From assembly GCA_045632405.1 (NCBI GenBank), contig JAZQWO010000018.1, positions 4,832 through 68,831 on the forward strand: DNA of 64,000 nucleotides. The letters are read 5' to 3'. Origin of the DNA: Eubacteriales bacterium. Its GTDB lineage: Bacteria; Bacillota; Clostridia; Oscillospirales; CAG-272. Below, piece by piece: positions 8,359-16,609 of this stretch (positions are counted from its first letter, which is position 1; the number at the start of each line of letters is the position of its first letter). The translations under genes were made by a program, and so were the position numbers. The notes under the pieces were generated by a model. It was given only the letters and a program-made list of their open reading frames with translations, was not told where the DNA came from and made no database searches.

Positions 8359-10602
8359 ATGTCAGTTGAACGATATGAGGGTGGCCTTAGTTGGTCACCC
8401 CTTTTTTCAGCTTCAAAAAATGAAATTAGCGAGTTTTTAAGAGATTTATCAACAAATATTGAAAATCGCTTGGGATTACAAGACGTTGCCGTTAGACTTT
8501 CATACCACATTAAAATAGATGTTATGGATGAGGATGTTTTAGAGGCGATAAAGCGCGTAATATTCAAATATACGTTGGAATTTACTTCCTTTGCAAAGGA
8601 TGTACTAAGCGAGGACGAGCACGAGAAAGCATTTGACACCTATAAGAGAGAGCAGTTTAACAGTAATGCCTTGAATACGCTATTGAACTATTACTTGTGC
8701 GCTTGTGTGCGTTGGTTGCGCGAGAGTGAGCAATGGCTAAGCTTGTCGTTCCTTTTTTGGGGCGACATTAAAGAACAAACCGAAAAAATTAGAAATAAAA
8801 AGGTTGAAAAACAATATAGCCCGCTTAAAAAAGCTATTGAGAAAATTGCATCAGGAGTAAAGGCGCAGTGTTACTTAGATTCCAATAAGTATGCCTTATC
8901 TAAGTATCAGGTCTTAGGGGAAAGATTAAATAGCTACCTTGTTGAAAAGTATGGATATGATTTTAATAAGGTATCTCTTTACAGTGAGAATAGCTTTATG
9001 GGCTTTGACGGAAAAGCTAATGAGCTTTTAGAGCTTGCACTTCTTGATGACAAGGAGTTTTGGAGGACCAAGGACTTCAACGCTATCGTTTTTATAAACT
9101 CTATATATAAGAATAATAGTGAAAAGCACGCTCGAAAGGTGCTGGATTATATTTTATCCAAGATTACAAGCAACAGGCTTTTGGAAACTTTGATGGATAA
9201 CGGGTTATCGATCGGGTTATATGATAAGCAATCATATATTGATACCTATTCTAAAATGCTTACCCAAAATGGATATAGCACAGAGCTGATGTATCCGCTG
9301 GTTTCAGTTGAGAATGAAGAAGAAAAGTGTAGCCGTGGCAAAGAAATCTTTGAGAGCTTTTTGTATGGATATGTGTACCCAAATAACAAAGAGATTATAG
9401 AAGAAAGATTGCGTGGCAAATTAAACACTCCGGTTAAAAAGCTCTATACAATATTTGGAACGCTCAATTTCATCGTGACCGGTTTGAATATCACAGAAGA
9501 GTACGCAAGGGCGCTTGAGATTGTTTGTCCACAGTATTTTGCCGAAGAATCGCTTTGGAAAAGAGTATACTTAAAGACTTATGAAATGAGCTTGCGCATA
9601 GAGCAGGAACGGCTTTATTCGTTTATGTTTGAGGATTTTTACAATTTGTTTGCTGTTCTTGAATGGGAAACAGGAATAGAAACGGCTATTCAGCTTGACC
9701 TTGGCACAAGAAATGCGGCGTTAAACAAATTAAAGGAGCTTTTGAAGAGCTTCGACATAGAGATTTCAGATAAAATGGAATTGGATTATATAGCATCTCT
9801 TTTAGACAGAAAAAGCGCTAAGATGACCGAGGCGGAGCGTTTTCCTGTACTTGAACAGCTTGGAGATGCAATATATGGCTTTGCTGTTGCAGAAATGATT
9901 TTTTATAATCCGGATTATGATGATTATGCAGATGATGCTATGAATCCAAAGCAAAGATTTGAAAATTATATTTCTGCAAAGGGACAAATTAAAATTGTTG
10001 AAAAATACAATATAGACCAAATGTACATTTCGGCATCGTCTGTTTTGGGAAAAAATGATGAACATCTTGTAAACGGTGTGAATGATTATAACCGATGTGG
10101 TGAAACAAGCAAGGAAATTAAAAAGTATCTCGCAGACACCCTTGAGATGATTTTAGGAGCGGTAGCATTGGACAAGGGCTATGACGTGGCAATTGACCTG
10201 GCAAAGAAAATGATACGCGAAACATTTAAGGGAGACTTCCCAAGGGAGTTACACTATTCTTGTAAAGCTGTAGTGGAAAGCAAGGACGTTGACAGGGATT
10301 ATTGGATGAGAATACGACCTGGCATACATTGGTCATTAAATGAACTGCGAGATGTGTATAATCAGCTTATGATTGGCGCCTTTTATAAGTTGATGGCTTG
10401 CATTGTCTTTAAAACTGAGGGCATCAATGAAAGGCGAAAGATTTCTCACGTAAGCTACGATCTATTGGAGTGCTTTGACGTAGATGGCTATTTATACTCC
10501 ATTTCCCCTGCGTATTATTGCTATTTAACAGAGGGGCTTTATAAGGCTGTAGAGGCATTTGGTGAGCGCGCACTGAAAAAATACAAGGAAAAGAACAAAT
10601 AA
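8359..10602 (+). CDS. Large protein of unknown family carrying an RNase III catalytic domain (residues about 495-625)
   Basis: RNase III signature blocks FPVLEQLGDAIYGFAVAE (ExLGD) and KYLADTLEMILGAVALDKGY (DxxE..GA). The N-terminal ~490 aa and C-terminal ~120 aa are unrecognisable, and I see no dsRBD. Strong RBS. Confidence 0.7.
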   Translation: MSVERYEGGLSWSPLFSASKNEISEFLRDLSTNIENRLGLQDVAVRLSYHIKIDVMDEDVLEAIKRVIFKYTLEFTSFAKDVLSEDEHEKAFDTYKREQFNSNALNTLLNYYLCACVRWLRESEQWLSLSFLFWGDIKEQTEKIRNKKVEKQYSPLKKAIEKIASGVKAQCYLDSNKYALSKYQVLGERLNSYLVEKYGYDFNKVSLYSENSFMGFDGKANELLELALLDDKEFWRTKDFNAIVFINSIYKNNSEKHARKVLDYILSKITSNRLLETLMDNGLSIGLYDKQSYIDTYSKMLTQNGYSTELMYPLVSVENEEEKCSRGKEIFESFLYGYVYPNNKEIIEERLRGKLNTPVKKLYTIFGTLNFIVTGLNITEEYARALEIVCPQYFAEESLWKRVYLKTYEMSLRIEQERLYSFMFEDFYNLFAVLEWETGIETAIQLDLGTRNAALNKLKELLKSFDIEISDKMELDYIASLLDRKSAKMTEAERFPVLEQLGDAIYGFAVAEMIFYNPDYDDYADDAMNPKQRFENYISAKGQIKIVEKYNIDQMYISASSVLGKNDEHLVNGVNDYNRCGETSKEIKKYLADTLEMILGAVALDKGYDVAIDLAKKMIRETFKGDFPRELHYSCKAVVESKDVDRDYWMRIRPGIHWSLNELRDVYNQLMIGAFYKLMACIVFKTEGINERRKISHVSYDLLECFDVDGYLYSISPAYYCYLTEGLYKAVEAFGERALKKYKEKNK

Positions 10603-10649
10603 AACTGCTTAAATGACATACCTGCCAAAAAACTGTTTTTGGAGGAAAA

Positions 10650-10988
10650 ATGAATAAATGCGTTGAAATCAACATAAAAGAAACAATGCCATCTGTTGAT
10701 GTGGCACTGGATGACTTGAAGGGCGCTATTAAAATTAAAAAATCACTTGGCTATAGATGCTTGGTTGTTATTCACGGTTACGGTAGCACGGGAAAAGGTG
10801 GCGCAATTTGCAAAAAAGCGCGCGATTGGTTGAAATCGCAGAAAAAAAGCAAAAAGCTAAAGAGCGTTATTCCCGGCGAGGAGTTCGATGTTTTCAACGA
10901 AAAAAACATTGCACTATTATCACGTTACAGCGAATTGAAAAATTATATTTGCAAATGCAATCACGGCGTAACTATTGTTGAGTTATAA
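10650..10988 (+). CDS. Stand-alone Smr (MutS2 C-terminal-like) domain protein
   Basis: LVVIHGYGSTGKGG..ARDWLKSQ..LKSV...HGVTIVEL parallels the MutS2 Smr pattern IIHGKGTG..L..H..VKSF..GGfGVTiVEL. RBS ggagg. Confidence 0.7.
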   Translation: MNKCVEINIKETMPSVDVALDDLKGAIKIKKSLGYRCLVVIHGYGSTGKGGAICKKARDWLKSQKKSKKLKSVIPGEEFDVFNEKNIALLSRYSELKNYICKCNHGVTIVEL

Positions 10989-10994
10989 AGGGAA

Positions 10995-11020
10995 AGGAAC
11001 AGCTTGTGCTGTTCCTTTTT
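10995..11020 (+). terminator. Intrinsic terminator closing the two-gene module
   Basis: 9-bp stem aggaacagc/gctgttcct, loop ttgt, then TTTT. Confidence 0.75.
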
Positions 11021-11035
11021 CTCTTTAATTTTTTG

Positions 11036-11064
11036 TTTACAAACCTTTTTATGTATGGTATAAT
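11036..11064 (+). promoter_or_regulatory. Sigma-A type promoter
   Basis: TTTACA, 17-nt spacer, TGgTATAAT. Confidence 0.5.
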
Positions 11065-11124
11065 TTAACTGTAAGTATGCAGATATAAAAAGCATACTTA
11101 ATACTAGAAAGGTAAATTAATTAT

Positions 11125-11871
11125 ATGGAACTGAAAATTATTAGCTTTAACATCAGATGCTGTGACGATAAGGACGGCAATTCAATAGCAGAGCGTGCGC
11201 CTCGCTTGGCAGAAATCACAGGTAAATATGATGCGGACATCATAGGCTTTCAGGAATATACAGTACCTTGGGAAAAGGAAATTGAAAAGTTTTACCCAGA
11301 ATACGAAATGTTCAGCAAATACCGTTCTGTAAACGAGCTTGAGGCGGCACCTATCCTTTGGAAAAAGGGAATGTTTGAGTGCTTGAAAACAGGATATTTC
11401 TGGCTTTCCGACACTCCCGAGGTGGAATCCCGCGGCTGGGACGAGCTATACAACTGCTGGCGTATGTGCGAGTACGTTATTTTGAAGCACATTGAAAGCG
11501 GCAAGGTGTTTACATATATGAACACACACTACGGCTTTGGAGATAAGGGTCAGACCGCAAGCTCTGCACTTCTTTATGAGTACAGCCAAAAAATTTCTCA
11601 AAACCCAACATTTATTACAGGAGATTTCAATATGCGTCCTGATAGCTGTGGCTATGCGGAAATGGTGAAGCACTTTACAGATGTAAACTCAGTAACCGCC
11701 AATGACAGAAGAACAACCTATCACGGCTACGGTGTGGTAGATAATCAGCATATTGACTATTGCTTCATAAATGACAAAATCAAGCCAATCAGCCTAAAGA
11801 TAATTGACGAAACAGTGGATGGCAAGTACCCAACAGACCACTACGGACTTTTTGTTAAGCTTGATATATAA
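11125..11871 (+). CDS. Endonuclease/exonuclease/phosphatase (EEP) family protein
   Basis: IISFNIR..., IIGFQE, GDFN, and a terminal PTDHYGLFVKL are typical EEP blocks. Confidence 0.7.
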   Translation: MELKIISFNIRCCDDKDGNSIAERAPRLAEITGKYDADIIGFQEYTVPWEKEIEKFYPEYEMFSKYRSVNELEAAPILWKKGMFECLKTGYFWLSDTPEVESRGWDELYNCWRMCEYVILKHIESGKVFTYMNTHYGFGDKGQTASSALLYEYSQKISQNPTFITGDFNMRPDSCGYAEMVKHFTDVNSVTANDRRTTYHGYGVVDNQHIDYCFINDKIKPISLKIIDETVDGKYPTDHYGLFVKLDI

Positions 11872-11881
11872 GGCGGAAAAA

Positions 11882-12916
11882 ATGAAAACCCTTTGTCACG
11901 GAGAAATAAACGAGTTTGTAGATTGGCTTGACACCGACGGCAATATTATCAACGCAAGCGACGGCGGCGTGATATACGCAGGCGGCAAATATCATTGGTA
12001 CGGCCTTGCCTTTCGCCCGCTACCTATGAAAAGCGGACCCTTTGGCGGACAAATGTCAGATATTGGCGTTGTTATGTATGAGTCCGATGACTTGTTAAGC
12101 TGGAAATATGAGGGCGTTATTTTGGAGGTCAGCCACGACCCCGAAAGCCCACTTTTCGCACCCTTGCGCTTTGAAAGACCGAAAATTATCTACAACGATA
12201 AGACAGGACAGTATGTTTTGTGGTGCCACTTTGTCAAGTATCCCGGCAACCACGGCAAGGGCGACGGTGACTGCGATATGGGTGTTGCCGTGTGCGATAC
12301 GGTCAACGGCAAATACAAGTGGCTCGGCTACACAAAGCCAATAGATGGATGTAGCTGGGTGCGCGATATGACCGTTTATAAGGATTTTGACGGTAGCGCA
12401 TACCTGATATATGACAGGCATAGAATGTGCCCACAGGAAAGCGGTGCAGAGGGTGAGCTACGCGAGGACAGATGCTTGCACGTTGTCAAGCTGAGCGATG
12501 ATTATCTTTCCTTCACAGACACATACAAAAGAATAGAAAGCGCACCGCGGCGCGAAGCACCTGTGGTTGTCTATAAAGATGGCTACTACTATATTGTAAC
12601 ATCAGGCTTGACAGGGTGGCAAACAAATCAAGCCAAGGCATTTCGCACAAAGCATTTGCTTGACGAGTGGGAGGAAATTGGCGACCCCTGTGTGGATGAT
12701 TTTACAAAAACCACCTTCAACACTCAAGGCTCAAATGCCTTTACCGTTGAGGGCACAGACACCCAAATTATAATGCTGGAGCGCCATAATACGGAAAACT
12801 TTTTAAGAAGCTCTTATGTCTGGTTGCCTGTTCAGTTCAATGAGGACAACACAATTTCTTTGCGTTACAAGCGGGAGTGGAGATTGAAGCAGAAAGGTGA
12901 ATTGCAAAATGAATAA
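11882..12916 (+). CDS. Glycoside hydrolase family 43
   Basis: Start moved to the ATG at 11882, which avoids overlap with the EEP gene. GKYHWYG, PKIIYNDKTGQYVLW, DMTVYKDFDGSAYLIY and APVVVYKDGYYYIVTSG are GH43 propeller motifs. Confidence 0.75.
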   Translation: MKTLCHGEINEFVDWLDTDGNIINASDGGVIYAGGKYHWYGLAFRPLPMKSGPFGGQMSDIGVVMYESDDLLSWKYEGVILEVSHDPESPLFAPLRFERPKIIYNDKTGQYVLWCHFVKYPGNHGKGDGDCDMGVAVCDTVNGKYKWLGYTKPIDGCSWVRDMTVYKDFDGSAYLIYDRHRMCPQESGAEGELREDRCLHVVKLSDDYLSFTDTYKRIESAPRREAPVVVYKDGYYYIVTSGLTGWQTNQAKAFRTKHLLDEWEEIGDPCVDDFTKTTFNTQGSNAFTVEGTDTQIIMLERHNTENFLRSSYVWLPVQFNEDNTISLRYKREWRLKQKGELQNE

Positions 12917-14285
12917 AATCAGAGAATATATTCTAAGTCACCGTGACGAAATAGCAAATGAGCTTTTGGAGCTTGTTAAAATTCCGTCAATTGCTGACAC
13001 CAAGGGTGCAAAGGATGCTCTTGAAAGAATGCGCCAATTGTTTGAAAACGCAGGGGCAGAGGTTGAGGTGACTGATAGCTATGCGGTGGCAAAAATGGGA
13101 AATGGCAAACACTCTGTGGGACTTTTTTCTCACGTGGACGTTGTGCCTGGTGGTGACGGATGGACAAAATGTGAACCCTTTGAGCCGAAAATCATAGACG
13201 GTGATATTTTCGGCAGAGGCGCGTGGGACGATAAAAGCGCGGTTGTCACAAGCCTTTATGCCTTCAAAATTATAAAGGAGTTGGGTATTGATATAAATTC
13301 ACAGCTTGTCGCCTTTGTGGGAGCAAATGAGGAAACCACTATGCAGGATTTGAAGGATTACCGAAAATCCCACACTCCCCCAAGCGTTTCCATGGTTTTG
13401 GACGCAGGCTTCCCTGTGTACCTTGGAGATAAGGGCATTTTGTGGCTCGAGTGCGAAAAGTATGCGCAATTTGAGGATTTGATAGAATTAAAGGGTGGGG
13501 AAGCTGTAAATATCACCCTCAAAAACGCAGAGGCTAAGGTTCGCTATTCCTGTGAGCTTTATGAGGAGCTGTGCGCTTGCAACAGTATAAGTGCAAGAAA
13601 AGAGGGCGACTTCATTTTGATAAACGCAGAGGGCATTTCTGCCCACGGCGCAAACCCGCATGGAACTATAAATGGCGCGGGAATGATTGTGCAAGCCCTT
13701 CTTGCCTCAAAAAGCTTTTCCCAAAGGGACAAGGGCGAGCTATCTTTTCTTGATAAAGCGCTTTCAGCCTATGACGGCTCTTTCCTTGGCATAGTGTCAC
13801 AGGACGATTTGTTTGGCGCAACTACCGCTACAAACGGAATAGTTAACATTGAAAACGGACTTGTGAAATTTACTCTTGATGTGCGCTACGGAAATACATA
13901 CACCGAAAAAGCTCTTGTTTCGCAAATTGCAAGCGTGCTTGAAAAAGAGGGCGTAGCCTACAAGATAGTCAAAAGCGGTGAGCCCAGTGCCATAAGTCCC
14001 CAGAATAAATACGTGCAAGCCTGTATCGAAGCATACAGGGAGCAAACGGGGAACTATGAAGCAAAGCCGAGAATAAATGCAGGCAGCACCTACTCAAGAT
14101 TTTTGCCAAACGCCTTTGAAATAGGCACAACAATGAAATATAGTGGCAACCCCTTGCCAAGCTGTCACGGAAATGCCCATCAGCCAGACGAGCGCATTTT
14201 CCTCGACGGACTTTTAGAGGCTTTGGAAATGACTGTTAAAATGATAATAGCCTGCGACAGCGCGGGCAAGCAAAAAGGACGATGA
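12909..14285 (+). CDS. M20-family dipeptidase (Sapep/PepV-like)
   Basis: HVDVVPGGDGW..PF...GRGAWDDKS and ANEET motifs; size about 458 aa. Confidence 0.75.
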   Translation: MNKIREYILSHRDEIANELLELVKIPSIADTKGAKDALERMRQLFENAGAEVEVTDSYAVAKMGNGKHSVGLFSHVDVVPGGDGWTKCEPFEPKIIDGDIFGRGAWDDKSAVVTSLYAFKIIKELGIDINSQLVAFVGANEETTMQDLKDYRKSHTPPSVSMVLDAGFPVYLGDKGILWLECEKYAQFEDLIELKGGEAVNITLKNAEAKVRYSCELYEELCACNSISARKEGDFILINAEGISAHGANPHGTINGAGMIVQALLASKSFSQRDKGELSFLDKALSAYDGSFLGIVSQDDLFGATTATNGIVNIENGLVKFTLDVRYGNTYTEKALVSQIASVLEKEGVAYKIVKSGEPSAISPQNKYVQACIEAYREQTGNYEAKPRINAGSTYSRFLPNAFEIGTTMKYSGNPLPSCHGNAHQPDERIFLDGLLEALEMTVKMIIACDSAGKQKGR

Positions 14286-14303
14286 TTGCTCATCGTCCTT
14301 TTT
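14272..14303. terminator. Bidirectional terminator between convergent genes
   Basis: 10-bp stem aggacgatga/tcatcgtcct flanked by an A-tract and a T-tract. Confidence 0.7.
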
Positions 14304-14308
14304 AGTGA

Positions 14309-14785
14309 TTATTCAAAGGTTACGTTGCTACTGCCCAAGAGAATTTCGTAAATGTCAATTCCATTGTAGGCAAGAACAGCCATAATGACAAACTGCAAGA
14401 GGACAGATACCGCCAAAAGAATTAAGGCAAGGATTGTGCGCTTGCGGGATTTGTAAAGCGAAGACTTTGCTTCGTCATACGCATCAAGATCGTTCATATC
14501 ATCGGGGAAAAAGTTCAAGCGATTAATGTTGCTTATTCTTGAAAGATTGATAATTGCGAAAATCGGACCTGGCACAAGACCAAGTATGCAGAATATAAGT
14601 GCAAGAATACTAAAGGTTTTAGCACGGGTAGCCTCGGACTGCAACACCTGTAATGGACCGGACGGGGTGGAGCTGTTGCGCAGCTTTTCAAATGACATGG
14701 TTGTGTCAGCATTCAACGGATTGCCACAGTGTATGCAAAAGGATGCACTGTCTTGGTTTTCCTTGCCGCATTTAGGACAATACAT
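14309..14785 (-). CDS. Zinc-ribbon membrane protein
   Basis: MYCPKCGKEN..FCIHCG N-terminus; two TM segments. Confidence 0.6.
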   Translation of the reverse strand: MYCPKCGKENQDSASFCIHCGNPLNADTTMSFEKLRNSSTPSGPLQVLQSEATRAKTFSILALIFCILGLVPGPIFAIINLSRISNINRLNFFPDDMNDLDAYDEAKSSLYKSRKRTILALILLAVSVLLQFVIMAVLAYNGIDIYEILLGSSNVTFE

Positions 14786-14813
14786 TTTATCGCCTCCTTA
14801 ATTTATGTAGTGC

Positions 14814-16031
14814 TTACGCAAGCTTTGCTTCCAAGCGAGCTCTGATAGCCTTGATAAAGTCGGCTGTGTTAACGGCAGTTGCGGAAACGCCCTTTTCAAC
14901 AAGACCAACCAAGTCCTTTGTCATAATGCCGTCATTCAAGGTGTCAATGCAGGCACTCTCCAGCTTGTCTGCAAAGGCAACGAGGTCACAAAGACCGTCA
15001 AGTTCACCGCGCTTACGGAGCGCACCTGACCAAGCATAAATAGTTGCCATTGGGTTTGTTGATGTTTCCTCACCCTTCAAGTATCTGTAATAGTGGCGCG
15101 TAACTGTACCGTGTGCCGCCTCATACTCATACTTTCCGTCAGGTGAAACAAGAACAGAGGTCATCATAGCAAGAGAGCCAAAGGCAGTTGATACCATATC
15201 GGACATAACGTCACCGTCATAGTTCTTGCACGCCCAGATGTAGCCGCCCTCAGAACGGATAACTCTTGCCACCGCATCGTCAATAAGAGTATAGAAATAG
15301 GTAATTCCAAGCTCCTCAAACTTAGCCTTGTAGCACTCGTCGTAAATTTCCTGGAAAATGAGCTTGAAGGTTTGGTCGTACTGCTTTGAAATTGTGTCCT
15401 TTGTTGCAAACCACAAATCCTGCTTTGTGTTGATAGCATAGTTGAAGCAGGAATGTGCAAAGGACTTAATAGAGGAGTCCTTGTTGTACTGACCCTGCAA
15501 AACCCCTGGACACTCAAAATTGTAAATTTCCTTATTAAATACTTCGTTGCCTTCCTTGTCGGTAAAGGAAAGAGTTGCCTTGCCCTCAGTTGGCACGCGG
15601 AACTCCGTTGCCTTGTAAACATCACCGTATGCGTGACGTGCAATAGTGATTGGCTTTTTCCAGTTGCGAACCGCAGGCTTGATTGAGTCGATAAGAATGG
15701 GGGCTCTGAAAACAGTACCGTCTAAAATTGCACGGATTGTGCCGTTAGGGCTCTTCCACATTTCGGACAAATTATATTCCTCAACGCGCTGCTTGTTAGG
15801 TGTGATTGTGGCGCACTTAACGCTAACACCGTATTTCTGGTTAGCATAAGCCGCATCAAATGTAACCTGGTCCTTTGTCTTTTCGCGCTCAGGTAAGCCA
15901 AGGTCATAATATTCGGTCTTTAAATCTATAAAAGGAAGCAAAAGCTCATCCTTTATCATTTTCCAAATAATTCTTGTCATTTCGTCGCCATCCATCTCAA
16001 CGAGAGGGGTGGTCATTCTGATTTTTTCCAT
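14814..16031 (-). CDS. icd: NADP-dependent isocitrate dehydrogenase (type II, eukaryote-like)
   Basis: [35 protein letters not shown] pattern. Start set at the ATG at 16031 (RBS ggag); 405 aa. Confidence 0.85.
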   Translation of the reverse strand: MEKIRMTTPLVEMDGDEMTRIIWKMIKDELLLPFIDLKTEYYDLGLPEREKTKDQVTFDAAYANQKYGVSVKCATITPNKQRVEEYNLSEMWKSPNGTIRAILDGTVFRAPILIDSIKPAVRNWKKPITIARHAYGDVYKATEFRVPTEGKATLSFTDKEGNEVFNKEIYNFECPGVLQGQYNKDSSIKSFAHSCFNYAINTKQDLWFATKDTISKQYDQTFKLIFQEIYDECYKAKFEELGITYFYTLIDDAVARVIRSEGGYIWACKNYDGDVMSDMVSTAFGSLAMMTSVLVSPDGKYEYEAAHGTVTRHYYRYLKGEETSTNPMATIYAWSGALRKRGELDGLCDLVAFADKLESACIDTLNDGIMTKDLVGLVEKGVSATAVNTADFIKAIRARLEAKLA

Positions 16032-16065
16032 AATCAAAAGCTCCTTCAATATTACTTCAAAGAGC

Positions 16066-16094
16066 ATTATACAACAATATAAATAATTTTTCAA
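16066..16094 (-). promoter_or_regulatory. Sigma-A type promoter for icd
   Basis: Minus strand: TTGAAA, 17-nt spacer, TATAAT. Confidence 0.5.
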
Positions 16095-16137
16095 TACCAA
16101 CACATAAAATAATAATGTAAAAATATGCGAAAAGTTG

Positions 16138-16166
16138 TTGACAAGCGGTGATAAAAGGTATATAAT
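16138..16166 (+). promoter_or_regulatory. Perfect-consensus sigma-A promoter, divergent from icd, facing the aryl-acid operon
   Basis: TTGACA, 17-nt spacer (agcggtgataaaaggta), TATAAT. Confidence 0.6.
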
Positions 16167-16247
16167 ATATTCTATCATATTATCACGATAAAGTGTGCGA
16201 TGCATACTTAGTGTATAAAATGAATATTTAATCGTAGGGAGAAAATT

Positions 16248-16298
16248 ATGTTCTATTTTGGTTACTTTTATTATTACTTTTACCACAAGATAGCATAG
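16248..16298 (+). CDS. Candidate leader peptide [16 protein letters not shown] (10 of 16 residues Phe/Tyr)
   Basis: RBS GGGAG 6 nt upstream of the ATG. Sits about 75 nt downstream of the consensus promoter, and a terminator hairpin starts 35 nt after its stop. Confidence 0.45.
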   Translation: MFYFGYFYYYFYHKIA

Positions 16299-16332
16299 TT
16301 TTTTCGCGCGGTTATTGTTTTTTCTTGGATTT

Positions 16333-16356
16333 TACCGCCGATTTGGCGGTATTTTT
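16333..16356 (+). terminator. Intrinsic terminator/attenuator in the operon leader
   Basis: taccgcc gattt ggcggta followed by TTTTTaTTT. Confidence 0.55.
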
Positions 16357-16364
16357 ATTTGGTT

Positions 16365-16591
16365 CGGCTCTGCCCTTAACTCGTTGGTTTTTGATGGAAG
16401 TCTGCTTTGAAAAGCGCGGCATAACGCTCAGTTACAGACACTAAAGAGTATGCGCCTTCGCGTTTTGCGTGCTTTTCTGTGCACTCTTCTCATCAAATCG
16501 CGCAAAGCGCTAATCAACTCGTCTAAGAGCATAGCCTCACATTTTATCAGCGGCTCTGCCCAAACATTTTTGGGACATAGCCTCACATTTT
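16365..16591. repeat. Repeat-rich part of the leader
   Basis: Direct repeats cggctctgccc (16365, 16551) and catagcctcacatttt (16530, 16576), plus several short GC hairpins. Confidence 0.6.
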
Positions 16592-16609
16592 GAGCGAGAG
16601 GTTTTATTT

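Noticed and set aside
10309-10329. RIRPGIH in the C-terminal tail of the RNase III-domain protein, as a possible HEPN Rx4-6H motif
   Set aside because: It is a single short pattern match with Pro/Gly inside it, which is unlikely in the HEPN catalytic helix. I cannot verify any supporting HEPN fold features by eye.
11804-11881. Upstream start for the GH43 gene, overlapping the EEP gene by 68 nt
   Set aside because: The extension has no homology-like content. The ATG at 11882 follows the EEP stop and begins the GH43-like sequence.
16032-16286. 85-residue N-terminal extension of the icd ORF in the track ([15 protein letters not shown]...)
   Set aside because: IDH homology starts at [20 protein letters not shown] with a good RBS at 16031. 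The extension runs through the AT-rich divergent promoter region and reads as low-complexity Ile/Leu/Tyr sequence.
16173-16360. T-box riboswitch upstream of the aromatic operon, since the terminator contains TACCGCC
   Set aside because: There is no GGUGG-ACCGCG T-box sequence on the correct strand, and no Stem I/specifier-loop features that I can find. The leader before the terminator is only about 185 nt.
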